A stretch of 24,000 bases of DNA from Cognatazoarcus halotolerans (GTDB taxonomy: Bacteria > Pseudomonadota > Gammaproteobacteria > Burkholderiales > Rhodocyclaceae): NCBI RefSeq assembly GCF_009800965.1, contig NZ_WUAF01000002.1:84299-108298 (forward strand). Reading direction: 5' to 3'. How positions within the stretch are numbered: position 1 is the first letter of the stretch; each line of letters starts with the position of its first letter. Both the position numbers and the translations under genes were made by a program. Below the pieces are notes generated by a model, which saw only the letters and a list, made by a program, of their open reading frames with translations, had not been told where the DNA came from and made no database searches. Shown in pieces: positions 10,153-20,762 of the stretch.

Positions 10153-11088
10153 TCAGCCGTCGGCCTGCGGCACGCCGCCGGTGAGGGCGGCATCGCCGAA
10201 GTGGCGGCTGGCGCGAACGTCGGCCGCGGTGACGGTGCACAGTGCATCGACGCCGATCTGTCCGCCGCCGCCGCCGTCGAACAGCCGCAGGGCCTGGCGC
10301 AGGCGCATGCGATCCAGCGCATTACGCACGCTGCGTGCGTTGGCGAAATGCGGTCGGCTGCGGCGCAGCGCGAGGTATTCGTCGAAGGCAGCGCGGCCCG
10401 CCGCATCGAAGCGGTAGTTCCAGTCGGCCAGCATGCGTTCGGCAATCTCGCCAAGCTCCCCGTCGGCGTAGTCCGGAAATTCGACGTGGTGGGCGATGCG
10501 CGACTTCATGCCGGGGTTGGATTCGAAGAAGGTTTCCATGCGCTCGGCATAGCCAGCGAGGATCACCACCAGGTCGTCGCGCTGGTTCTCCATCACCTGC
10601 AGGAGGATCTCGATCGCTTCCTGGCCGTAGTCCTTCTCGTTCTCGGGGCGGTACAGGTAGTAGGCCTCGTCGATGAACAGCACACCGCCCATGGCGCGCT
10701 TGAGCACCTCCTTGGTCTTGGGTGCGGTGTGGCCGATGTACTGGCCGACGAGGTCGTCGCGGGTCACCGCCACGACGTGACCCTTGCGCACGTAGCCCAG
10801 GCGCTGGAGGATCTGCGCCATGCGCATCGCCACCGTGGTCTTGCCGGTGCCCGGGTTGCCGGTGAAGCTCATGTGCAGGGACGGTGGCGTGGTGGCGAGC
10901 CCGAGGCGGCTGCGCACCCGGTCCACCAGCAGCAGGGCCGCGATTTCGCGCACCCGGCGCTTGACCGGCGCAAGGCCGACCAGTTCGCGATCGAGGCGCT
11001 CGAGCACATCGGCAACGCCGGCCTCGCGATATTCCTCGGCGAGGTCGATGCGCTCTTGCGTGGCGGCTGTAGGGTCGATGGCGTTCAT
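10153..11088 (-). CDS. cbbX: CbbX, red-type RuBisCO activase (AAA+ ATPase)
   Basis: 311 aa. Walker [19 protein letters not shown], Walker [48 protein letters not shown]. Immediately downstream of cbbS. Confidence 0.93.
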   Translation of the reverse strand: MNAIDPTAATQERIDLAEEYREAGVADVLERLDRELVGLAPVKRRVREIAALLLVDRVRSRLGLATTPPSLHMSFTGNPGTGKTTVAMRMAQILQRLGYVRKGHVVAVTRDDLVGQYIGHTAPKTKEVLKRAMGGVLFIDEAYYLYRPENEKDYGQEAIEILLQVMENQRDDLVVILAGYAERMETFFESNPGMKSRIAHHVEFPDYADGELGEIAERMLADWNYRFDAAGRAAFDEYLALRRSRPHFANARSVRNALDRMRLRQALRLFDGGGGGQIGVDALCTVTAADVRASRHFGDAALTGGVPQADG

Positions 11089-11135
11089 GCGGTGCTCCTG
11101 CGATGGTGACGGGTGCGACGGTGCTGTCGCGCAGC

Positions 11136-11152
11136 GGCCGGTCTCGCCGGCC
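11136..11152 (-). other. GC-rich hairpin immediately after the cbbS stop codon
   Basis: GGCCGG(11136-11141)/CCGGCC(11147-11152), 5-nt loop, no T-tract. Begins about 4 nt after the cbbS stop on the minus strand. Confidence 0.45.
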
Positions 11153-11156
11153 TGCT

Positions 11157-11588
11157 TCAGGTGCCGGTGGTGTAGCGCTCGCCTTCCGGGCGGCGCTGCA
11201 CCGCGTAGCTTTCAAGGGTGTAGTGGATGCTGCGGCCGGCGCCTTCGCGCCGCACCAGCCTGAAACCCGGTTCCTGCGAGGGGCGATTGACGATGAACGA
11301 GAGCCGCACCGTCTCCCAGCCCTTGCTCGGGTCGAAGGCGTTGATGCGGATGTAGTGCTCGGGCTGTGCCGCGCGGCAGGCGGCGAGTTCCTGCATCAAG
11401 CCAGCGGCGTCGTGGAGGTCGAACATCGGCAGGCCCCACATCGACCAATACACGTTGCGCGGGTGCGGGTCGTCGGTGAATTCGATCGATACCGCCCATT
11501 CGTTGCGCAGGCAATACTCGATCTGCGCGGCGATCTGGATGTCGGTGAGTTCCGGCAGGAAAGAAAAGGCGCCCTGGGTCATTCGCAT
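11157..11588 (-). CDS. cbbS: RuBisCO form I (IC, red-like) small subunit
   Basis: 143 aa from [45 protein letters not shown], ending in the extended C-terminus typical of red-type small subunits. Confidence 0.93.
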   Translation of the reverse strand: MRMTQGAFSFLPELTDIQIAAQIEYCLRNEWAVSIEFTDDPHPRNVYWSMWGLPMFDLHDAAGLMQELAACRAAQPEHYIRINAFDPSKGWETVRLSFIVNRPSQEPGFRLVRREGAGRSIHYTLESYAVQRRPEGERYTTGT

Positions 11589-11665
11589 GTTTGTCTCCTG
11601 GAGTCGGGTGCGGGTGGATGCGAAGGGGGAAAGGCTGACCTCCCGGCCCCTCGCGCTGGCGCGCT

Positions 11666-13197
<1,532 letters not shown>

Positions 13198-13217
13198 GAA
13201 TGAAATAATATTTTCTG

Positions 13218-14138
13218 ATGAAACTGGCGAGTCGCGTCACCCTTCGGCAGCTGCGTGCGCTCGATGCGGTTGCCACCAGCGGCAGCTTTACCGATGCTGC
13301 CCGGCTGCTGCATCTCACCCAACCGGCGGTGTCGATGCAGTTGCGTGAGCTCGAAGGCATCGTCGGCGAGGTGTTGCTCGACGGGCGTCGCGAAATCCGT
13401 CTGACCCATGCCGGTGAGGTGCTGGTGCGTCGCGCCCGCGAAGTCTTCGATTCACTGGAGCTGGCGGAGGTCGAGATCAAGGCGCGTCGCGGTGTCGCGG
13501 CGGGCACGCTGGAGGTGGTGGCGATCACCACCGCAGAGTATTTCGTGCCGCACCTGCTGGCCGAATTCGGACGACGTTTTCCGGAGATCAGCTTCCGCCT
13601 GTCGGTCGAGAACCGTGAGCGGGTGCATGCCTTGCTGCGCGAGCAGCGGGTGGACGTGGCGATCATGGGAACGCCGCCGAAGGGCATCCCGCTGCGGCGT
13701 ACACCGTTCGCACCGCACGCGCTGAGCTTCGTTGCGCGGCCGGATCACCACCTTGCCGGCAAGCGCGCCCTCCCGCCGGCAAGTCTCACAGAGGAGCGTC
13801 TGCTGCTGCGCGAACGCGGTTCGGGCACCCGCGACCACCTCGAGCGCTACCTCAAGCACCACGGCGTACGTCCAGAGCGCGCCGACGAGCTGGGCAGCAA
13901 CGAGACGCTCAAGCAGGCGGCGATGGCCGGTCTCGGCGTGGCCTTCCTGTCTCACCACACCTTCGCGATGGAGGCCGAGACCGGGCGACTGGTGCGGCTC
14001 GATGTGCAGGACACGCCGGTGATCCGCGAATGGAACGTGGTGGTGCGCAGCGACCGGCCGCCGACCCCCGCGGTCGAGGCCTTGCTCGAATTTCTGCAGA
14101 CCGAGGGCGCGACGCTGCTGCGCGCCCACACCGCCTGA
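13218..14138 (+). CDS. cbbR: LysR-family transcriptional regulator CbbR
   Basis: N-terminal LysR helix-turn-helix TLRQLRALDAVATSGSFTDAARLLHLTQPAVSMQLRELE, about 306 aa, divergent from cbbL with a 91-bp spacer. Confidence 0.9.
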   Translation: MKLASRVTLRQLRALDAVATSGSFTDAARLLHLTQPAVSMQLRELEGIVGEVLLDGRREIRLTHAGEVLVRRAREVFDSLELAEVEIKARRGVAAGTLEVVAITTAEYFVPHLLAEFGRRFPEISFRLSVENRERVHALLREQRVDVAIMGTPPKGIPLRRTPFAPHALSFVARPDHHLAGKRALPPASLTEERLLLRERGSGTRDHLERYLKHHGVRPERADELGSNETLKQAAMAGLGVAFLSHHTFAMEAETGRLVRLDVQDTPVIREWNVVVRSDRPPTPAVEALLEFLQTEGATLLRAHTA

Positions 14139-14271
14139 ATGACCGAAGCGACCCTCAAGTCGATCCGGCTTCGACCGTAACAAGCCGTGACAACAAGTAC
14201 TGCCGGCAGGCTGCATGGCGGACCGAGGGTTTTACACCATCGTCATATGCAGAAGAAATGCCGTGCTCGGG

Positions 14272-15369
14272 ATGAATGGCATGACAATCGAAGAAGAATT
14301 GCGGGACAGCCGCATCCTGCTGTGTGATGCGCACCCGGAGGGGCTCGGGATACTCGGCAGCATGCTCGCGGATGAGGGGATGCAGGCGGTCGAGTCGCTG
14401 GGGGACGTCGAGCGGGTGGTCGCGGTGCTCAAGGGGCACGGCCCCTTCGATCTGCTGATCCTCGCAATCGACGGCAGTCGCGGCGAACCCGTCCTTGCCG
14501 TGCTGAAGGCGCTGCAGTCGGTGCCCCCGGGAGAAATGAGGCCGCAGGTGCTGGTACTCACCGAAGGTGACTGCGTGGAGGTCTGGACCGAAGCGCTGCG
14601 AATGGGGGCGGACGATTTCGCACGTCGCCCGCTGCGTCAGATGGAGTTTGCGCTGCGGGTGCGCAACCTGCTGCGCCTGCGTCGGGCGGTCGACCGGCAG
14701 CGCAGCTTCGACGCGGCGGTCGAGGCGCGGGTGAAGGCGCAGACCCTGGAGCTGGTGCGCGCGTCCGAGACCTTCGTGCGCAAGCTCGCGACCATCTGCG
14801 AGGTGCGCGACAGCGGTACCGGTCTGCACATCCTGCGCATCGGCAAGTATGTGCGGGTGATCGGCGAGGCGCTCGGCCTCGCTCCGGAAACCTGCCTGCT
14901 CATCGAACGGGCGGCCCCGCTGCACGACGTCGGCAAGATCGCGGTGCGCGAGGAGATCCTGCTCAAGCCGGGCCGGCTCTCGGGCGACGAGTACGAGCAG
15001 GTCAAGGAGCACGCCAGCGCGGGTGGCGAGCTGCTTGGCGACCAGGAATCACAGATGCTGCGGATGGCTGCGACGATCGCCGCGCATCACCACGAGCGAT
15101 GGGACGGCAGCGGCTATCCCAACGGCCTGCGCGGTGAGGAGATCCCGGTCGAGGCACGCATCACCGCGATCTGCGACGTCTTCGACGTACTCACCTCGAG
15201 GCGCCACTACAAGGATCCATGGTCGGTGCAGAACGCGGTCGAGTACCTGGTATCGGAAGCTGGCCGCCAGTTCGATCCGCAGCTGGTGGATATCTTCGTG
15301 CGTTCGATCGAGCGGATCGAGCATATCCGCGAAACCTACCATGACCTGCCCGAGCGGCGACAGGGTTGA
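14272..15369 (+). CDS. HD-GYP domain response regulator with degenerate receiver domain (putative c-di-GMP phosphodiesterase)
   Basis: C-terminal HD-GYP motifs HDVGKIAV, KEHASAGGELL, AHHHERWDGSGYPNGLRGEEIPVEARITAICDVFDVLTSRRHYK. N-terminal receiver-like fold RILLCDAHPEGL...GADDFARRPLRQMEF. Start could be ATG 14272 or 14281 (ORF track starts at 14215). Confidence 0.85.
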   Translation: MNGMTIEEELRDSRILLCDAHPEGLGILGSMLADEGMQAVESLGDVERVVAVLKGHGPFDLLILAIDGSRGEPVLAVLKALQSVPPGEMRPQVLVLTEGDCVEVWTEALRMGADDFARRPLRQMEFALRVRNLLRLRRAVDRQRSFDAAVEARVKAQTLELVRASETFVRKLATICEVRDSGTGLHILRIGKYVRVIGEALGLAPETCLLIERAAPLHDVGKIAVREEILLKPGRLSGDEYEQVKEHASAGGELLGDQESQMLRMAATIAAHHHERWDGSGYPNGLRGEEIPVEARITAICDVFDVLTSRRHYKDPWSVQNAVEYLVSEAGRQFDPQLVDIFVRSIERIEHIRETYHDLPERRQG

Positions 15370-15804
15370 TCAGTCGCCGCTCGGTGGTTCGATCTGCCCG
15401 AAGCCGGCGTAGCGGGCGATGAAGCGCTGTCGGCCCTGTCTCAGGAATGCGTCGAAATCCCATTCGCCGGGCTGCAGGCGGTGATGGAAGGCCGGCCGGA
15501 AGAGATAGGTCCAGGCGACGATGCGGGTATCGTCGGGCAGGCATACCTCGCGCCTGACTCGCTCGTATTCGAGGCCCTCGAATGCATCGAGACGGGCGAA
15601 TGCAGCCTCGTCGAGCATGCGATAGAGTAGCCCCCGAACCTCGTGCCCCTGACGCTCGACCATGCCGGGGTAGTCCTCGCCGCGTACCGGGTGGCGCTGG
15701 TGTCCGTGCAGCAGCGCCGGCTCGCCGTAGCACGGGCGACCGCACACCATCGACATGATCTCTTCGCACATCAATGAACCGTAAGTGAAGCAATGGAGCG
15801 TCAT
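15370..15804 (-). CDS. Gamma-glutamylcyclotransferase-like (AIG2/GGCT fold) protein
   Basis: 144 aa. N-terminal CFTYGSLMCEEIM matching the YGSL motif, and GLLYRMLDEAAFARLDAFEGLEYERV with the acidic LDxFEG signature. Confidence 0.82.
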   Translation of the reverse strand: MTLHCFTYGSLMCEEIMSMVCGRPCYGEPALLHGHQRHPVRGEDYPGMVERQGHEVRGLLYRMLDEAAFARLDAFEGLEYERVRREVCLPDDTRIVAWTYLFRPAFHHRLQPGEWDFDAFLRQGRQRFIARYAGFGQIEPPSGD

Positions 15805-15833
15805 GGATTTGCCCAGATCTTGTTTTGCGATGC

Positions 15834-15862
15834 AGCATAAATGGCCGGTGAGCGCACGGCAA
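15834..15862 (-). promoter_or_regulatory. Weak candidate sigma70 promoter for the GGCT-like gene
   Basis: Minus strand TTGCCG (15862-15857), 17-nt spacer, TATGCT (15839-15834). Each hexamer is 4/6. Confidence 0.25.
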
Positions 15863-15884
15863 GCACCACTACGGGAAGCCGTTC

Positions 15885-17414
15885 ATGACCGACGCGCATG
15901 ATCATGCCCTGCAGGCCGCGCGCGCGCACTACCGGGCCGAGTGCTATGGGGCCGCGCTGCAGGCGGCTGAGTCGGCCGAGGGCTTCGGCGAATCGACACC
16001 CCTGCTGCGAGTGGCCGGGCTCAGCGCGCTGGCGCTCGATTCGCTGGATGCCGCGATCGGCTATCTCGGCCGGGTCAGCCGTGCCGACGGGCAGACGTCC
16101 GACGACCTCTACAACTACGGCATCGCCTTGTCGCGGGCGGGGCGCCATGGCGAGGCCGAGCCGATCCTGCGCCGCGTGCTCGCGCTTGATGCGCAGCATG
16201 CGCGCGCTGCCAACGCGCTGGCCGGACTGTGCCTGCAGTGCAATCGGCTCGACGAGGCCGAGGCGCTCTATCTGGAGGTGTTCGCGCGCGATCCGGTCCC
16301 GCCGGACGCGCACCTCAACTTTGCCCTGCTGTGCCTGCGTCGCAAGCGCTTTGCGGAGGCCGAGCATCATTACCGCCGTACCCTGGCGATCGATCCGGAG
16401 CATCACGAGGCGGCCTTCAATCTCGGCTCCGTGCTGCTGGCGCAGGGCCGTTTAGAGGAAGGCTGGCTGCACTACCGTCGTCGCACCGAGCCACGCCGCG
16501 GGCATGCCGCGGTGAGCGTGCCGCGCCTGCCTTTTGCCCGCTGGCAGGGCGAATCGCTCGCGGGCAAGCGCTTTCTGATGTGGTGCGAGCAGGGTTTTGG
16601 CGATCAGATCCAGTTCTGCCGTTACGTGTCGCTGTTGCGTGCGGCCGGCGCAAGCCAGTTGGAGGTTGTCTGTCCGCCGCCGCTGTGCAGCCTGTTGGCG
16701 CGGCTCGACGGCGTCGACCGGGTGATTCCATTCGGCACCGAGACGACCTTTTCACGACCCGACTACTGGGCGCTGCCGCTCGACCTGCCGGGGCTGTTCG
16801 GCACCACCATCGCGAACATTCCGGGCCCCCTGCCTTACCTCTCGGCCGACGATTCCCTGATCAGGCAGTGGGCGCCGCGGCTTCCCGCAGCAGGGCTGCG
16901 TGTGGGGCTGGCATGGAAGGGCTCGCGTGCGCACGCCAACGATGGGCAGCGCTCGTTGCCGGCGCTCTCGGTGCTGGCCCCGCTGTGGCAGGTGACGGGC
17001 GTGCGTTTCGTGAGCCTGCAGAAGGGGCCGGGCGAAGAGGAGGTTGCGCCGTTCTCGGTGGGTCGGCCGCTGTCGGGGCTTGGCGCCGAGATCGACAGCT
17101 TTGCCGACAGCGCCGCCATCATTTCGGGGCTGGACCTGGTGATCTGCGTCGATACCGCCATCGCCCATCTCGCCGGCGCGCTCGGCAAGCCCTGCTGGGT
17201 GCTGCTGCCGGACGAGAACACTGACTGGCGCTGGCTGCGCGAGCGCGAGGATTCGCCCTGGTACCCGGGGGTGATGCGCCTCTTCCGGCAGCACGCGCCG
17301 GGCGACTGGGCCGGCGTGGTGGAGCGGGTGCGCGATGCGCTCGCGCGACTAGCGTACAAGCAGCGCCAGCAACCCGATCAGGCCGGCCGCGGCGAGCGCG
17401 AGGGCCAGCCGTAG
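15885..17414 (+). CDS. TPR-repeat protein with C-terminal glycosyltransferase (GT9/heptosyltransferase-like) domain
   Basis: 509 aa. Serial TPR motifs (e.g. AEHHYRRTLAIDPEHHEAAFNLGSVLLAQGRLEEGWLHY), then GLAWKGSRAHANDGQRS and DLVICVDTAIAHLAGALGKPCWVLLPDENTDWRWL...SPWYPGVMRLFRQ. Confidence 0.85.
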   Translation: MTDAHDHALQAARAHYRAECYGAALQAAESAEGFGESTPLLRVAGLSALALDSLDAAIGYLGRVSRADGQTSDDLYNYGIALSRAGRHGEAEPILRRVLALDAQHARAANALAGLCLQCNRLDEAEALYLEVFARDPVPPDAHLNFALLCLRRKRFAEAEHHYRRTLAIDPEHHEAAFNLGSVLLAQGRLEEGWLHYRRRTEPRRGHAAVSVPRLPFARWQGESLAGKRFLMWCEQGFGDQIQFCRYVSLLRAAGASQLEVVCPPPLCSLLARLDGVDRVIPFGTETTFSRPDYWALPLDLPGLFGTTIANIPGPLPYLSADDSLIRQWAPRLPAAGLRVGLAWKGSRAHANDGQRSLPALSVLAPLWQVTGVRFVSLQKGPGEEEVAPFSVGRPLSGLGAEIDSFADSAAIISGLDLVICVDTAIAHLAGALGKPCWVLLPDENTDWRWLREREDSPWYPGVMRLFRQHAPGDWAGVVERVRDALARLAYKQRQQPDQAGRGEREGQP

Positions 17415-17711
17415 CTGGCGACGGGTGGCGTCGAGCGCCGTAACCAGTTGCTCGTTCTGCTCGGCAAGCCGGGCGATCAGTTCCGAGCTTGCCTGGGCTT
17501 CACGGCCGAGATCACAAACAGCTTGTTCGAGCAGATCGATCCGCGTCTCGAGCGGCACCGGCGCGTCGCGATCGGCTTCATCGGCGGGTGCCGGGGTTTC
17601 GTTCCTGACCTTGTTCCACAATCCCCGTGCGCTGCGGGCGAGGCCCGGCGCGGCGGCGATGACATCGGTCCATGGGATGGCCTTGGCGGCTGCGGCCCAA
17701 GGGATGGGCAT
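17349..17711 (-). CDS. Small hypothetical protein with predicted coiled coil and C-terminal transmembrane helix
   Basis: 120 aa ORF. ETRIDLLEQAVCDLGREAQASSELIARLAEQNEQLV (heptad-like), then LALALAAAGLIGLLALLVR. In the operon direction downstream of valS. Confidence 0.65.
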   Translation of the reverse strand: MPIPWAAAAKAIPWTDVIAAAPGLARSARGLWNKVRNETPAPADEADRDAPVPLETRIDLLEQAVCDLGREAQASSELIARLAEQNEQLVTALDATRRQLRLALALAAAGLIGLLALLVR

Positions 17712-17742
17712 GACGCGATCTCCGTAATCGACTCGATGCTGC

Positions 17743-17784
17743 GACCCGCACGGCCAGCCGGGGTTCCTGCCGGCCGTGCGGGTC
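17743..17784. repeat. Perfect 13-bp inverted repeat (hairpin) just downstream of valS
   Basis: GACCCGCACGGCC(17743-17755) and GGCCGTGCGGGTC(17772-17784), 16-nt loop. Lies in the 77-bp spacer between valS and the small ORF. Confidence 0.8.
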
Positions 17785-17788
17785 TGGC

Positions 17789-20668
17789 TCAGCGGCCGGC
17801 GAGCCGTTCCAGCTGGGGCCGCAGCTTCTCGAGTGTGGCGGAGAAGCCGGCGAGCCGCTCTTTCTCCTGGTTGACCACCGCCTCGGGGGCGCGCGCGACG
17901 AAGCTCTCGTTGGCGAGCTTGGCCCGCGCCTTGGTGATCTCACCTTCGAGGCGTGCGATTTCCTTGCCGAGGCGCTCGCGCTCGGCGGCGATGTCGATCT
18001 CCACCTTGAGCATCAGCCTCGTCGAGCCGACCACCGAGACCGGGGCCATCTCGTCGGCGCTGATCTCGTCGACCACGCTCACCTCGGAAAGCTTGGCGAG
18101 TCCGGCCAAGTAGGGCGCGTAGGCATTGAGCACGGCGGCCTCGCCCGCGGCGACGAGCGGCAGGCGCTGAGCGGGGGAAATGTTCATCTCGCCGCGCAGG
18201 TTACGGCAGGCGTAGGTCATCGCCTTGAGTTCGGCAACCTTCGCCTCGCTCGCTTCATCGATGCGGCTCATGTCGGCGGCGGGGTAGCGCGCCTGCATGA
18301 GGCTCTCGGTGTCCTTGCGGCCGGCCAGTGGCGCGACGGTCTGCCACAGCTCTTCGGTGATGAAGGGGATCAGCGGGTGCGCCAGGCGCAACACCGTCTC
18401 GAGCACCCGCAGCAGGGTGCGGCGCGTGGCGCGCTGCTGCGCTTCGTTGCCGTTCTGGATCTGTACCTTGGCGAGTTCGAGGTACCAGTCGCAGTACTCG
18501 TCCCAGACGAACTCGTAGATCGCCTTGGAGAGCAGGTCGAAGCGGTAGTCGGCGAAATGCTGGGTGACCTCGGCCTCGGTGCGCTGCAGCTTCGAGACGA
18601 TCCAGCGGTCGGCAAAGCTGAAGTCGAGGTAGCTGCCCTCGCAGGCCGCCGCGTCGTGGTTGTCGAGCCCGCAGTCATGCTCCTGGGTGTTCATGAGCAC
18701 GAAGCGGGTGGCGTTCCAGAGCTTGTTGCAGAAGTTGCGGTAGCCCTCGCAGCGGGCGAGGTCGAACTTGATGTCACGGCCCGGGCTGGCCAGCGAGGCA
18801 AAGGTGAAGCGCAGCGCATCGGTGCCGAAAGCCTGGATGCCGTCCGGGAACTCCTTGCGGGTCTTCTTTTCGATGCTTGCGGCCTGCTTCGGGTTCATCA
18901 GGCCGGTGGTGCGCTTGGCGACGAGTTCGTCGAGCGAGATGCCGTCGATCAGGTCGATCGGGTCGAGCACGTTGCCCTTCGACTTGGACATCTTCTGGCC
19001 TTCCGCATCGCGGATCAGGCCATGCACATAGACGTGCTTGAAGGGGATCTTGCCGGTGATATGCCTGGTCATCATCACCATCCGGGCAACCCAGAAGAAG
19101 ATGATGTCGAAGCCGGTGACGAGCACCGTGGAGGGCAGGTAGAGATCGAGCGCGTCGTTCGACTTCTGCGGCCACTCGGCGGTCCAGTCCAGCGTCGAGA
19201 AGGGCCACAGTGCCGACGAGTACCAGGTGTCGAGCACGTCCTCGTCACGGTTGAGTGTGCCGGCGTAGCCGTCGGCAGCTGCCAGCGCGGCAGCCTCGAC
19301 CTCGTCGTGGGCCACCCAGCAGCGGCCGTCGTCGCCATACCAGGCGGGGATCTGGTGACCCCACCACAGCTGGCGCGAGATGCACCAGTCCTGGATGTTG
19401 TTGAGCCACTGGTTGTAGGTGTTGACCCAGTTCTCGGGATAGAACCTGATCTCGCCCGAGGCCACGCATTCGAGTGCCTGCTCGGTGATGCTCTTGCCGT
19501 CCTTGCCCGGCTTGCTCATGGCCACGAACCACTGGTCGGTGAGCATCGGCTCGATGATCACGTTGGTGCGGTCGCCGCGCGGCACGGTCAGCTTGTGGGC
19601 CTTGGTCTCCACCAGCACGCCTGCCGATTCGAGATCGGCAACCACCTGCTTGCGTGCGTCGACGCGGTCGAGCCCGGCAATGTTCGTCGGCATCGCGACC
19701 GTGGCCTTGCTCTGGCCCTTGGTGTCGAACACCTCCGCACCGGCCGGCACGCTGCCGTCGAGCCGGAGGATCACGATCATGTCGAGGCCGTGACGCTGGC
19801 CGACCGCGTAGTCGTTGAAGTCGTGCGCCGGCGTGACCTTGACGCAGCCGGTGCCGAACTCGCGCTCGACATAGTCGTCGGCAATGACCGGGATGTCGCG
19901 CTCGGTGAGCGGCAGTCGCACCGTCTTGCCGATTAGGTGGGCGTAGCGCTCGTCCTCGGGGTGCACCATCACCGCGACGTCGCCGAGCATGGTCTCGGGG
20001 CGGGTGGTGGCGACGGTGAGGCCTTTGAGCTCACCGATCGGGCCTTCGGTAAACGGATAGAGGATGTGCCACAGCTTGCCGTCTTCCTCTTCCTGCACCA
20101 CTTCGAGGTCGGACACCGCGGTGCCCAGTTTCGGGTCCCAGTTGACCAGCCGCTTGCCGCGGTAGATGAGGCCTTCGTTGTAGAGCCGTACGAAGGTTTC
20201 GGTGACCGTCTTCGAGAGCCCCGCATCCATCGTGAAGCGCTCGCGCTTCCAGTCCGGGCTGGCGCCGAGACGGCGCATCTGGCGGGTGATGGTGCCGCCG
20301 GAATACTCCTTCCACTCCCACACCTTCTCGAGGAACTTTTCCCGTCCGAGGTCGTGACGGCTCACGCCCTGAGCGTCCAGCTGGCGTTCGACGACGATCT
20401 GTGTGGCGATGCCGGCGTGGTCGGTGCCCGGCTGCCACAGGGTGTTGTCGCCGCGCATGCGGTGGAAGCGGGTGAGGGCATCCATGATGGTCTGGTTGAA
20501 ACCATGACCCATGTGCAGCGTGCCGGTGACATTGGGTGGCGGGAGGAGGATGCAGAAGGCGTCCTGCTTGCTCTTGTCGAGGCCTGCGTCGAAATATCCG
20601 CGCGACTCCCATTCCGGGTACCAGCGGCGCTCGATCTCCGCCGGCTCAAAACTCTTGGCCAGTTCCAT
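17789..20668 (-). CDS. valS: Valyl-tRNA synthetase
   Basis: 959 aa. [21 protein letters not shown] (HIGH-like), [28 protein letters not shown] (KMSKS), C-terminal coiled coil [18 protein letters not shown]. Confidence 0.97.
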   Translation of the reverse strand: MELAKSFEPAEIERRWYPEWESRGYFDAGLDKSKQDAFCILLPPPNVTGTLHMGHGFNQTIMDALTRFHRMRGDNTLWQPGTDHAGIATQIVVERQLDAQGVSRHDLGREKFLEKVWEWKEYSGGTITRQMRRLGASPDWKRERFTMDAGLSKTVTETFVRLYNEGLIYRGKRLVNWDPKLGTAVSDLEVVQEEEDGKLWHILYPFTEGPIGELKGLTVATTRPETMLGDVAVMVHPEDERYAHLIGKTVRLPLTERDIPVIADDYVEREFGTGCVKVTPAHDFNDYAVGQRHGLDMIVILRLDGSVPAGAEVFDTKGQSKATVAMPTNIAGLDRVDARKQVVADLESAGVLVETKAHKLTVPRGDRTNVIIEPMLTDQWFVAMSKPGKDGKSITEQALECVASGEIRFYPENWVNTYNQWLNNIQDWCISRQLWWGHQIPAWYGDDGRCWVAHDEVEAAALAAADGYAGTLNRDEDVLDTWYSSALWPFSTLDWTAEWPQKSNDALDLYLPSTVLVTGFDIIFFWVARMVMMTRHITGKIPFKHVYVHGLIRDAEGQKMSKSKGNVLDPIDLIDGISLDELVAKRTTGLMNPKQAASIEKKTRKEFPDGIQAFGTDALRFTFASLASPGRDIKFDLARCEGYRNFCNKLWNATRFVLMNTQEHDCGLDNHDAAACEGSYLDFSFADRWIVSKLQRTEAEVTQHFADYRFDLLSKAIYEFVWDEYCDWYLELAKVQIQNGNEAQQRATRRTLLRVLETVLRLAHPLIPFITEELWQTVAPLAGRKDTESLMQARYPAADMSRIDEASEAKVAELKAMTYACRNLRGEMNISPAQRLPLVAAGEAAVLNAYAPYLAGLAKLSEVSVVDEISADEMAPVSVVGSTRLMLKVEIDIAAERERLGKEIARLEGEITKARAKLANESFVARAPEAVVNQEKERLAGFSATLEKLRPQLERLAGR

Positions 20669-20709
20669 GCTCGTGTAAACCCCGTCGGGGCGGTGAAGGC
20701 AAAGGCGGG

Positions 20710-20715
20710 ATTATA
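20710..20715 (-). promoter_or_regulatory. Possible -10 element upstream of valS
   Basis: Perfect TATAAT on the minus strand about 42 bp upstream of the valS ATG. No good -35 hexamer at 17 nt. Confidence 0.25.
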
Positions 20716-20762
20716 GCGGAGCCGCAGGGCCCTTCCGGCGGCGATTGCTGCGCCGCAGGGGA

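Noticed and set aside
9460-11109. 549-aa plus-strand ORF opposite fbp/cbbX
   Set aside because: Antisense to confidently identified genes, spans their boundary, and has no domain-like motifs.
14166-14187. Inverted repeat CGGCTT-N10-AAGCCG after cbbR as a terminator
   Set aside because: Short stem, long loop and no T-tract. Insufficient support for a terminator call.
18377-19936. 519-aa plus-strand ORF opposite valS
   Set aside because: Antisense shadow of a highly conserved aminoacyl-tRNA synthetase. Sequence is low-information.
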